NCBI GenBank assembly: GCA_023266675.1
Contig: JAHFPP010000006.1
Span: 1-34,438 of the forward strand
DNA from: Candidatus Woesearchaeota archaeon
Lineage (GTDB): Archaea > Nanobdellota > Nanobdellia > Woesearchaeales > BM511
Length of the DNA: 34,438 nucleotides
Reading direction: 5' to 3'
Shown here piece by piece: positions 17,287 to 25,960 of this stretch; positions within the stretch are counted from its first letter, which is position 1, and the number at the start of each line of letters is the position of its first letter. A program made the translations under genes and the position numbers. Under the pieces are notes generated by a model. The model worked only from the letters and a program-made list of their open reading frames with translations. It did no database searches and was not told where the DNA came from.

Positions 17287-19068
17287 GTGAATATGAGTAA
17301 AAATAGGTTTTATGATAAGAATAAAAGGGAGTTTATTAAGAAAGGACTCCTCGCAATTGGTCTTGGTGGGGCAGCAGCACTTTTAAGTAAAGTCGGATTT
17401 GTTGATGCTGATAGAAGACCATCTGTTCCTACTCCTGTAGCCTCTGGAGGAACAGGTGTTTGTACTATCACAGGTATTGTAAAAGGTAATGGGGCATCAG
17501 CTATGACTGCAGCAACTGCAGGTGTTGATTATGCCGCACCCTTACCTGCAAATGCTGCTGGAGCATTAACTAATAATGGTTCTGGAAGTCTATCTTGGGC
17601 AGCTAGTTTACCTATCCTTAAAACAGTTGCTCGTTCATCAAATACTCAACTAACTTCAGCACATTCAGGATATTATTTGCGAGCAACCGGGTCATGGACA
17701 CAAACATTTGATGCTGCCTCTTCATTAACAGATTCTTTCTTTTGTTATATTGAAAATACATCAACAGGTGAAATTACAGTTGATCCTAATGGAACAGAAT
17801 TAATTGATGGTGTAAGTACTTTCGTAATGTATCCTGGTGAAATTAGGATAATACATTGCGATGGTTCTGCTCTTTATTCTAAACTAGTTAGAGGTGGTTA
17901 TAAAGTATATAATACTCCCGGAGCATATACCTTTTGTACTCCTCCAAATTATAACTGTATATTAATCGACGTGCTTGGTGGTGGTGGTGGTGGCGGTGGA
18001 GGGGCCAAGACACATTGCTCTATTCGTTGTAGTAATTGTTTTGGATGTAGCTGTGGAGAACTATCCTATAATAGTTCCATGCATGGTGGAGCAGGAGGAG
18101 GTAGCGCTGCTAGATTATGTGCTTGGTTCGATACACAATGTTATACTGTTTCTGGTGCAATTAATGTTTGTGTTGGTTGTGGTGGTAGTGGTGGTAAAAA
18201 TGGTTGTTTAGGTACAGTTATTTGTTGCGGTTGTTGTGGTGGTAGTGGACAAAATTCCTATTTTGGTACATATTGTGCATATGGTGGTGGTGGCGGCATG
18301 GGTGGATGTCAAAATACGTGTCGTTGTTGCAATATAGCAGGCGGTTCTGGCGCTGGAATTTGTGGCCCTGGTTGTACTACAACTTGTGGCACATGTGTAG
18401 ATGGTGGGGCAGGTCTAACTGCTAACATGTCTTGTAATGGTTGTTCTAATATATGTGCATTTTTAATTCCTCCATTATCATATTGTTCTGCTGGGTCTTT
18501 GAATTGCTGTGTTTTTAATTCCTCTTCTTGTTATGCGTATGTCAATACTTTAGGATGCGGAGCTCCATCATACCAACTATATGGTAATTCTGTGTTTAAT
18601 TGGAGACAACAAATTATATGTATAAATAATAAAAAAGTAATTACCGGCATGGCAGGGGCTCGTGGAGGAGCATATCTATGTTCTGCAGCACAGGGATGTA
18701 ATTGGCCAGGTGTTTCTGGTCCTGCCTGTTATATTGATATTGCTGGTGGTACAATAGGTGGCGGTTCTGGCGGCGGAGTAAGCTGGGGAGCGGATCAGCC
18801 AGGTAATGCACCGGATGGTGGCTGTTGTATATCTAATAATCCCACTAACTGTATTTGGGGTGGATCAGGTGGATGTGGTATGCGACAACATCCTTGGGGA
18901 AATTTAACAGATTGTTGTTGTGGCTGGGTAGGGTGTTATTGTAATCCTGCATCAACAGCCGGTGGATGTGGTAGTGGTGGCGGTGGAGGTGGTTCTGCTT
19001 CCGAAAGTTGTGCTGCAGGGGATGGTTCTGCAGGCGGTAATGGTTGGGTTTGCATAACTTATTTCTAA
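17287..19068 (+). CDS. Putative exported Gly/Cys-rich fibre/adhesin-like protein with Tat-like signal
   Basis: N-terminal NKREFIKK + hydrophobic core + VDA. Phage-fibre-like motifs (VASGGTG, LTNNGSGSLSW, ITVDPNGTELIDG). Gly-rich C-terminal domain ending GGNGWVCITYF. About 50 Cys by hand count. Start may be ATG 17293. Confidence 0.7.
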   Translation: MNMSKNRFYDKNKREFIKKGLLAIGLGGAAALLSKVGFVDADRRPSVPTPVASGGTGVCTITGIVKGNGASAMTAATAGVDYAAPLPANAAGALTNNGSGSLSWAASLPILKTVARSSNTQLTSAHSGYYLRATGSWTQTFDAASSLTDSFFCYIENTSTGEITVDPNGTELIDGVSTFVMYPGEIRIIHCDGSALYSKLVRGGYKVYNTPGAYTFCTPPNYNCILIDVLGGGGGGGGGAKTHCSIRCSNCFGCSCGELSYNSSMHGGAGGGSAARLCAWFDTQCYTVSGAINVCVGCGGSGGKNGCLGTVICCGCCGGSGQNSYFGTYCAYGGGGGMGGCQNTCRCCNIAGGSGAGICGPGCTTTCGTCVDGGAGLTANMSCNGCSNICAFLIPPLSYCSAGSLNCCVFNSSSCYAYVNTLGCGAPSYQLYGNSVFNWRQQIICINNKKVITGMAGARGGAYLCSAAQGCNWPGVSGPACYIDIAGGTIGGGSGGGVSWGADQPGNAPDGGCCISNNPTNCIWGGSGGCGMRQHPWGNLTDCCCGWVGCYCNPASTAGGCGSGGGGGGSASESCAAGDGSAGGNGWVCITYF

Positions 19069-19247
19069 TATTACTAACACTCCTCTGAATTACACACACA
19101 ACCATCAAAAAATCGACTATGATTAATTTTTTACAAATATCTTTTTTGCATACTAATTTGATTATTTCTAATAATCAAAATTAATCTCGTTTACACTTAA
19201 ATATTTATATACTACTTAATTATTTTGTGTTGTTAGGGTGAGAATGA

Positions 19248-20162
19248 ATGAAGAAGGTTATTATGATTGATGGTGGTGCTGGCAGAATTATTGCAGCGAT
19301 TCCGGCGCTTGAGAAGCATTTAAGGCTTTTTCCAAACGATGACACTAAAATAGTTATTTTTGGATTTGATAATTTTCTGTGGGGAAACCCTAAATTTCAG
19401 GATATTACTTTTGGTGCGGACACAAAAGGAATATTTGACCAATTCATAAAAGATACAGATAAAGTTATAACTCCTGAGCCTTATCGTGTTCCAGGATATT
19501 TCAGACAGGAACTTTCGCTTGCAGAAGCATTTGATGAAGAAATAAATAATACTATTGATCATTCTGACCTATCTAAACCAGTTTTATTCACGTCTAAGAC
19601 TGAAGAAAAGTTTGCTGCAAACATGTGGGCAGACTGCATGGCTTCGCAAAAGAAGAAGAAAAATATAGTAATCCAGCCTTATGGTCGTGGCGTGAAAATG
19701 GATAGAAATGATATTATAGATGACGCTTCACGTTCAATTAATTCATCAGATTACTTAAAAATTGTTAAAAAGCTTTCAACCAAATACAATCTTGTGCTGA
19801 TGTGTGAAAAACAATTTCATCAATCTGAAGATATATACACGGTAAAACCCGAGGTTGATCCTCGTATGTGGTTTGCAATAATTGAAGCGGCTGATTATTT
19901 TATCGGTTGCGATTCCCTTGGTCAGCATATTGCCTACGCAATGGATACACCAGGAACAGTCATTCTTGGATCAACATTTGCAAAGAATACCTCTTATCCG
20001 GATTATTTTCAGATAATAGAGAAAGAGGGAGTTGAAAAAAAATACTCGCCAATACNNNNNNNNNNTGACAGATATAATGACCGGTGCATGGATTTCTCAG
20101 AGAAAGAGCTTAACAAAATAATTGATAAAATAATTGATGACGTGGAGAAAAAAACTAAATGA
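19248..20162 (+). CDS. GT9-like (heptosyltransferase-fold) glycosyltransferase; spans an N gap
   Basis: IDGGAGRIIAAIPAL N-terminus, IVIQPYG, and ADYFIGCDSLGQHIAYAMDTPGTVILGST resembling the GT9 motif FIGNDSGxxHLAAALxxP. Confidence 0.7.
   Translation: MKKVIMIDGGAGRIIAAIPALEKHLRLFPNDDTKIVIFGFDNFLWGNPKFQDITFGADTKGIFDQFIKDTDKVITPEPYRVPGYFRQELSLAEAFDEEINNTIDHSDLSKPVLFTSKTEEKFAANMWADCMASQKKKKNIVIQPYGRGVKMDRNDIIDDASRSINSSDYLKIVKKLSTKYNLVLMCEKQFHQSEDIYTVKPEVDPRMWFAIIEAADYFIGCDSLGQHIAYAMDTPGTVILGSTFAKNTSYPDYFQIIEKEGVEKKYSPIXXXXDRYNDRCMDFSEKELNKIIDKIIDDVEKKTK
20056..20065. other. Assembly gap (10 N)
   Basis: Run of N in the sequence. Confidence 1.
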
Positions 20163-21919
20163 GCTATCAGATACTTGGAGTAAACCCCGGACACAATGGA
20201 AGCGTTGCATTGATTCGTGACGGTGAATTGATATATTATGCTGAGGAGGAACGGTTATCCAAAGTCAAATATGACGGTAATCCATTAAAAGGAATTCTTG
20301 AAGCCATAGAGAGTTACGGACAAATTGATGAAATAGTAATTGCAGGCACAGCTGAGCTTCCAAAAATGACTTGGTCTGGAGAAGACCCATATACAACTTT
20401 AGTCAGGAAGTTTTATCCAAACGTAAAAGTCACAGTGATAAATAATGAGCATCATCTCACTCATGCAGCAACGGCGTTTTATAATTCGGGTTTTAATAAA
20501 GCAGTCGTTGTCGTAGTAGACGGTGCAGGCTCGTTTAAACGAGAAAAAATTGATGAACAAGACAATTATATTGAAGGATACGAAGCAGAATCAATCTGGA
20601 TTTGTGAATACCCATCAAAATTCAGTTTAGTTTACAAAACATACGGTCAAAACATTGGTGTTAAAGTAATAACTGAAAAATTTGAGATGGATAACGCTGT
20701 TAATATTACTAAAGCGTATGAAGCGGTGTCTCATTATCTTGGATTTGGGTTCATTGAAGCAGGTAAAACAATGGGCCTTTCATCATATGGAAAGCAGGAT
20801 GATACTCTTCCTAAATTGTTTGTTGGTAACCGCGGTTCAAAGGACGTTTTTGTGCCAAGTTATCCTGCAGGAGCATTTGTTGATGTAATCAGATTACCTC
20901 AATTAAGACAGCAGCATGACCCTAAAGAATGGCATTATAACCAGTTAAAATTGTCAGATATTGAAAAAAATTTGGCATTTCAGATTCAGCAAGATTCTCA
21001 AAAATTAGTTGCAGGAATGATTACGCGAGCAGTTAAATCTATAGGGATTAACCAAGTCGCTTTAGTTGGAGGATATGGTTTGAACTGTGTTGCAAACTAT
21101 TTTTTCAAAAAAACACTTCCGGAAGTTGAGTTGTATAATGAACCGGTATCTCACGACGGAGGAACTTCAATTGGTGCTGCAAAGTTTATATGGCACTCTC
21201 AAAAAGAAGATATGACTATTCGCAAGCAAGAATCAATCTACTATGGAAAAAAATATGCAAATGAGATAATAACGTCTGCTTTAGAAAAAAATAAGGATAA
21301 AATTAAATTCTCAAAAACAACATCTGCAGCGATTGCTAAGTTAATATCAAATAAAAACATTGTGGCAATATATCAAGGAAAATCAGAAGCGGGGCCTAGG
21401 GCTCTTGGCAATCGTTCAATCCTTTATGACCCTCGAGACGAAAACGGGAAAAATTTTGTTAATCAGGTTAAAGGAAGAGAATGGTTTAGGCCATTTGCAG
21501 GAACAGTTCTTGAAGAACATGCAAATGACTGGTTTGACATGGCAGGAATGAAAGAATCTCCGTTCATGATGTACGCAGTTAATGTAGTGTGTGACAAGGT
21601 CAAACAGATACCTGCGATTACGCATGTAGACGAAACATGCAGAGTCCAAACAGTTAACAAGACTCAAAATGCGAAGTATTACGAATTAATTGTTGAATTC
21701 AATAAACTTACCAAGGTACCTATACTTTTAAACACTTCTTTTAATTTGGCAGGAAAACCGCTTGTAGAAACAATTGATGACGCATTAAACACCTTATACA
21801 TGAGTAAACTAAAATATTTGTATCTTCCTGAGTTGGAGATACTTATTACAAAGACGATTCCTGACTTTGAAAAAATTGTATGTGAAACTACTGATTGTAA
21901 GAACTGTGAGATAGAATAG
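20159..21919 (+). CDS. Carbamoyltransferase, NodU/CmcH/TobZ family
   Basis: EEERLSKVK, EHHLTHA, VDGAG, GKTMGLSSYG, GGYGLNCVAN, DGGTSIGAA, EAGPRALGNRS, KGREWFRPFA, HVDETCRVQTV, LNTSFN. Confidence 0.93.
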   Translation: MSYQILGVNPGHNGSVALIRDGELIYYAEEERLSKVKYDGNPLKGILEAIESYGQIDEIVIAGTAELPKMTWSGEDPYTTLVRKFYPNVKVTVINNEHHLTHAATAFYNSGFNKAVVVVVDGAGSFKREKIDEQDNYIEGYEAESIWICEYPSKFSLVYKTYGQNIGVKVITEKFEMDNAVNITKAYEAVSHYLGFGFIEAGKTMGLSSYGKQDDTLPKLFVGNRGSKDVFVPSYPAGAFVDVIRLPQLRQQHDPKEWHYNQLKLSDIEKNLAFQIQQDSQKLVAGMITRAVKSIGINQVALVGGYGLNCVANYFFKKTLPEVELYNEPVSHDGGTSIGAAKFIWHSQKEDMTIRKQESIYYGKKYANEIITSALEKNKDKIKFSKTTSAAIAKLISNKNIVAIYQGKSEAGPRALGNRSILYDPRDENGKNFVNQVKGREWFRPFAGTVLEEHANDWFDMAGMKESPFMMYAVNVVCDKVKQIPAITHVDETCRVQTVNKTQNAKYYELIVEFNKLTKVPILLNTSFNLAGKPLVETIDDALNTLYMSKLKYLYLPELEILITKTIPDFEKIVCETTDCKNCEIE

Positions 21920-21922
21920 ATT

Positions 21923-22564
21923 ATGGGAAGATTTAAAATTTCACCAGTTGAGAATGCAGCACCATCGATTATACCACAAACAGAATCCTCTGCAAATCCA
22001 ACTATCTGGCCAAAATCATTTCCAAAAGCAGTAATAGGAATTGAACGAGATGGTATCTTAATACAGGATAACAATTTTCTAAAATACCCCGACCAAGTAG
22101 TTCCTTACATGGATGCACTTCTAGCTGTAAGAGACATGAGAAAAAAAGGTTATCGCGTTATAATATTTACTAATCAGCCGGGGTTAATGCTTGGTAAATT
22201 GTCATCTAAAGATGTTGACGCAGTTAATTCCAGATTAATGCAATATCTTGGGCAAGTCGGATGCTTCAGCATTGACGGATTATTTTATTCAGGGTCTTCA
22301 ATGTCTAATGACGAGTACGCAATGCCAAACCCAGGTATGCTTCAAAAAGCAGAAAGAGAACTAGGAGTTGATTTTTCTAAAGGATATTTTGTGGGAAATC
22401 GTTTATCAAACATGAAAGCAGGGGCAAAAATGAAGTCTAAAATGATTTTTATCAAAACAGGAGAATATGAGCACGAGCTTAGGTCTGTTAAAAAAGCAGT
22501 CGGCATTGGCGGAAGAGTATCAGAATTTAATTCATTGACTGATTTTGCAAAGATTCTGGAATAA
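21923..22564 (+). CDS. GmhB/HisB-N-like HAD IIIA protein with degenerate catalytic motifs
   Basis: IGIERDGIL, IFTNQPG, PNPGML, YFVGNRLSNMKAG. Confidence 0.75.
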   Translation: MGRFKISPVENAAPSIIPQTESSANPTIWPKSFPKAVIGIERDGILIQDNNFLKYPDQVVPYMDALLAVRDMRKKGYRVIIFTNQPGLMLGKLSSKDVDAVNSRLMQYLGQVGCFSIDGLFYSGSSMSNDEYAMPNPGMLQKAERELGVDFSKGYFVGNRLSNMKAGAKMKSKMIFIKTGEYEHELRSVKKAVGIGGRVSEFNSLTDFAKILE

Positions 22565-22569
22565 CTTAT

Positions 22570-23226
22570 TTATCTTGTCTTATTAACATTTATCTTGTTG
22601 CAGTATTTTTCTATTTTGCACGTCGAACACTTTGGAGAAATAGGTCGGCAGATGTGTTGTCCGTGCGCAACGAGTATGCTGTTTATTGTTGTCCAGTATT
22701 TCTCGGGAAGAATTTTTCGAAGCTTCATTTCAGTCTCAAGCGGCGTTTTTGTTTTTATATATCCAAGGCGGTTCATTATTTTGTGAACATGTGTGTCAAC
22801 GCATATCGCGGGCTTGTCAAATGCTACTGCAACAACGAGGTTAGCGGTTTTTCGACCAACACCTGGCAGCTTTAACAGCTCGTCTATTGTTGACGGCACA
22901 ACTCCGCCAAACTCTTTTTCAAGAATTTTAGGCAATTCTTTCAGATGAATTGCTTTTGTATGGTAAAACCCGACAGGGTAAATCAGTTTTTCAATCTCCT
23001 TAACATCCAGTTTCTCAAGATCTTTGTATTTGTTTACCTTTAAAAAAAGATTTTTGCAGGCATTTGCTGTTGTCCTGTCGCCTGTTCTTGCAGAGAGTAT
23101 TGTTGCTATAAGAACCTTAAATGGGTCTTTTGTCTGTATTTGTATCAGGTCAACTATAGGTGTATTATGATTTTTGAATTCTTCAGACAGAATTTTAAAT
23201 ACTTTGGAAATATCAACTTCTTTCAT
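22570..23226 (-). CDS. nth: Endonuclease III
   Basis: PFKVLIATILSART, HhH LPGVGRKTAN, VDTHV, 4Fe-4S motif CRPISPKCSTCKIEKYC. Confidence 0.95.
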   Translation of the reverse strand: MKEVDISKVFKILSEEFKNHNTPIVDLIQIQTKDPFKVLIATILSARTGDRTTANACKNLFLKVNKYKDLEKLDVKEIEKLIYPVGFYHTKAIHLKELPKILEKEFGGVVPSTIDELLKLPGVGRKTANLVVAVAFDKPAICVDTHVHKIMNRLGYIKTKTPLETEMKLRKILPEKYWTTINSILVAHGQHICRPISPKCSTCKIEKYCNKINVNKTR

Positions 23227-23303
23227 TATATCTGCTCTCTGCTCAGAATAAAAATTTATAAAAAAACAATAAAATAAGATTTATTATTTAAAAAAATAAT
23301 AAT

Positions 23304-23402
23304 CTAATCTTCTTCGTCATCCATACCGTGTAACTTCTTAACGACTTTTTTCTGAGTTTCAGATAAATCGCCGCATCCACAGCATCCGCCGCATCCTCCC
23401 AT
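23304..23402 (-). CDS. Putative 32-aa Cys-rich small protein MGGCGGCCGCGDLSETQKKVVKKLHGMDDEED
   Basis: Not in ORF track. GAGGTGA SD 5 nt before ATG. GC-richer island within an AT-rich intergenic region. Confidence 0.7.
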   Translation of the reverse strand: MGGCGGCCGCGDLSETQKKVVKKLHGMDDEED

Positions 23403-23529
23403 AATATTCACCTCGTCCAGTTTTTTTTAAACTATAATTATGTTCTTATAATTGGTATTACTAACATCCGCCTTTTAAACTTTATCTTTAATGAATGGAA
23501 AATTATTATATTTAACAATAAAGAATGTT

Positions 23530-24033
23530 TTATGTGAATCTGTGAAGGTTTAGGAATGATTCAATCTCTCCCTTAAGCATTTTGACGTCATTTTTTAATG
23601 TCCCTGCAGAGCTTTGATTTTGCATCTTATAGATGAATGTGTCAAAAATAGTTCTTAGGAAAAAATATTCTGCACGCTGCTCCCATCGTCCTTCGTAATC
23701 TGTTACTAGATAACCATAAAATGTTATCTCCACAACGCCGTTTGTAAGCTTCTTTTTTATGCCATCAATTTCCCTGATTTCATCTTTTGCATGATGAACT
23801 GTTATTACCATCTTAATCTCATGTTTTATATAATCTGTTATCTTTTTCCATGGCTGCATTATCACATTAACGTATTTGCCGTCAGTAGAAACCTGTTCCT
23901 CATTCTTTCTTACTCTCTTATCAAAACCTTTTTGCCATAGGTACGCATCAACTACGTTGTAAAGCTCTTTAAAGTCAAAAAGTCCTTTATATGAAATCTT
24001 TTCGCCGTCAATAATTGTTGTTCTTTCAGCCAT
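23530..24033 (-). CDS. Hypothetical protein, paralog of the upstream gene
   Basis: YKGLFDFKELY, KKITDYIK, DYEGRWE shared in pattern with 24062-24601. Confidence 0.75.
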   Translation of the reverse strand: MAERTTIIDGEKISYKGLFDFKELYNVVDAYLWQKGFDKRVRKNEEQVSTDGKYVNVIMQPWKKITDYIKHEIKMVITVHHAKDEIREIDGIKKKLTNGVVEITFYGYLVTDYEGRWEQRAEYFFLRTIFDTFIYKMQNQSSAGTLKNDVKMLKGEIESFLNLHRFT

Positions 24034-24061
24034 GCTTATCTTTTGTCAATTTTTTGTTTTT

Positions 24062-24601
24062 TTAATGGTATGGTGATCCTATTGTGGAGGTCTCCATCTT
24101 TAAGTGAGCTTCTATCTCATTTTTAAATCTGTTCATTTCATAATATAATCCATCCCAATGAATGGAATTTATTTCTTCCTGCAATATCCTGTTTTTTAAA
24201 AATTCATACATTTTGTGGTAAAATTCAGATTTTTCAAAATGACCTTCATAGTCAACTTCAACAACAGTATTTATTTTTATCCTTATTCTGCCATCATCCA
24301 TCATGACTTTTCTTCCGTCTTTTATGACTTCAACAGGTATCTGGTCCCATATCCTTAAATCCCATTTTATCCTGTACTTATAAAATCCGTCAACCTTTTT
24401 CTCGGTGTCAACAGACCATTCTATCTCTACTCCGTAGTTGCCTGGTTTTTCCTTAAATTTGGTCTCAAAAAATGTGTAATTGTTTGTTTCAACCCATCCC
24501 CTCATAAATTTCATCAATGCTTTCCAGTTATAAGTTCCCTTATATTTTAGATAGGTATGCGCGTGTGCATTCGCATTATCCCATGAGCTTGCATCTGCCA
24601 T
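24062..24601 (-). CDS. Hypothetical protein, paralog of the downstream gene
   Basis: YKGTYNWKALM, KKVDGFYK, DYEGHFE. Start placed at ATG 24601, ~22 nt after TTTAAATA. Confidence 0.75.
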   Translation of the reverse strand: MADASSWDNANAHAHTYLKYKGTYNWKALMKFMRGWVETNNYTFFETKFKEKPGNYGVEIEWSVDTEKKVDGFYKYRIKWDLRIWDQIPVEVIKDGRKVMMDDGRIRIKINTVVEVDYEGHFEKSEFYHKMYEFLKNRILQEEINSIHWDGLYYEMNRFKNEIEAHLKMETSTIGSPYH

Positions 24602-24724
24602 GAGATTATTTTGGATATAGAGGTATTTAAACTTTACTACATCGCCTTTTATCAATTGTCTTCGTTCTTGGAATTGGTTTTTTAAATCATAACCTATTTA
24701 TACTTATAGAACTAAAATAGGTGT

Positions 24725-25915
24725 ATGGGAAAATTATTTGATTTGGTAAGGCTTTCAAGGCCGCTTTTTCCAAAGGAAAGGGAAAAATTTAATGAGCTTG
24801 AAAAATATATTGACTTAAAAAACATAAAAAAAGTTAAACGCCTATTAAAAAAAGGGTGTATCTTATTTGGTTATTCATCGCTTGCATTATCAGGTGATGT
24901 TCTTTTCAATACAGATTATCCAATTATTTATACCACGCAAAAGTCAAAAGATGACAAAGATTTGAAAGACTTTGTTAAAACAATAACTCTTGAAATTGAA
25001 AAAACAGCGAAAGTTAATGCATATGAGCGGTTTTCAAAAAATGCAGATGAAGTTATCCCTAAACTTATTGCACCAGGAATCATAGGAATGGACCTTGTAA
25101 AAAAAGCAGTCTCACTTCAGCTATTTTCAACTGAGAAAGTTCATATACTTCTTTTAGGCGACCCTGGAACAGGAAAAACCGATGTTATCAGGTCAGCGTC
25201 TGAGCTTGCTCCGGTGTCAAGCATTGGTCTTGGTTCAGGAACGTCTGGAGTTGGCCTTTCAGTGATGGTTAAAGGTGGGAAAGTTATAAAAGGGTTATTG
25301 CCTTTGGCTGACAAGGGACTCTGCTGCATTGACGAATTAAATCTCATGAAAGGTGAAGATATGGCAGCACTTTATTCTGCAATGGAAAAAGGGTTTATTG
25401 CTTATGACAAGGGAGAAACACATATCACTCTTGACGCACGGATAAATGTTCTTGCAACTGCAAACCCTAAAGGTGATAAATTCTCTGGTTGGATGAAAGA
25501 AACAATAAAAAAACAGATACCTTTTGATTCGGCTTTAATGACGCGGTTTCATTTATTATTCTTAGTCAAGAAGTCAAGCGTTGGTGAGTTTGAGGCGATT
25601 GCTAAAAAAATAGTTGGGCATGGTAATTCAGAGTTTAATCCTCATGACGTCAAATTTGTCAAAGAATACATTGATTATCTAAAAGATTTCAAAGTTGAGA
25701 TACCAGAAAAATTAGAGCACAAAATAACAAATTTTGCAAAGGGGCTTAAAGAAAGAGAAGACGAATTCATTACTGAGATTAATCCGCGAATCGTTCACGG
25801 CATCATGAGACTTTCAAAGGCATCAGCCAAAATGAATATGCGTCACGAAGTTAATTCTGAGGATATTGAGAAAGTCATAAACATCGTTGAACGAAGCTTA
25901 AAGATTGAGAGATAA
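24725..25915 (+). CDS. MCM-family AAA+ ATPase, short form
   Basis: IAPGIIG...VKKAVSLQLF, HILLLGDPGTGKT, TSGVGL, GLLPLADKGLCCIDE, AME, VLATANP, LMTRF, PR-x6-RLS. Confidence 0.85.
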   Translation: MGKLFDLVRLSRPLFPKEREKFNELEKYIDLKNIKKVKRLLKKGCILFGYSSLALSGDVLFNTDYPIIYTTQKSKDDKDLKDFVKTITLEIEKTAKVNAYERFSKNADEVIPKLIAPGIIGMDLVKKAVSLQLFSTEKVHILLLGDPGTGKTDVIRSASELAPVSSIGLGSGTSGVGLSVMVKGGKVIKGLLPLADKGLCCIDELNLMKGEDMAALYSAMEKGFIAYDKGETHITLDARINVLATANPKGDKFSGWMKETIKKQIPFDSALMTRFHLLFLVKKSSVGEFEAIAKKIVGHGNSEFNPHDVKFVKEYIDYLKDFKVEIPEKLEHKITNFAKGLKEREDEFITEINPRIVHGIMRLSKASAKMNMRHEVNSEDIEKVINIVERSLKIER

Positions 25916-25960
25916 ATTTAACTTATCACCAATCTTATAACTTAATTTAGAAAAAATAAT

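Noticed and set aside
17977..18003. (GGT)n microsatellite or phase-variation tract
   Set aside because: In-frame poly-Gly codons typical of Gly-rich domains. The alternative-frame ORF 17975-18211 is a by-product.
17890..19068. Cys richness as a stop-codon recoding artefact
   Set aside because: Cys codons are ordinary TGT/TGC, and TGA serves as a stop elsewhere in the window.
20056..20065. Frameshift or deletion in the glycosyltransferase
   Set aside because: It is an assembly gap of unknown true length, so no biological conclusion is possible.
17287..22564. Intact prophage or provirus
   Set aside because: No integrase, capsid, terminase or att repeats seen.
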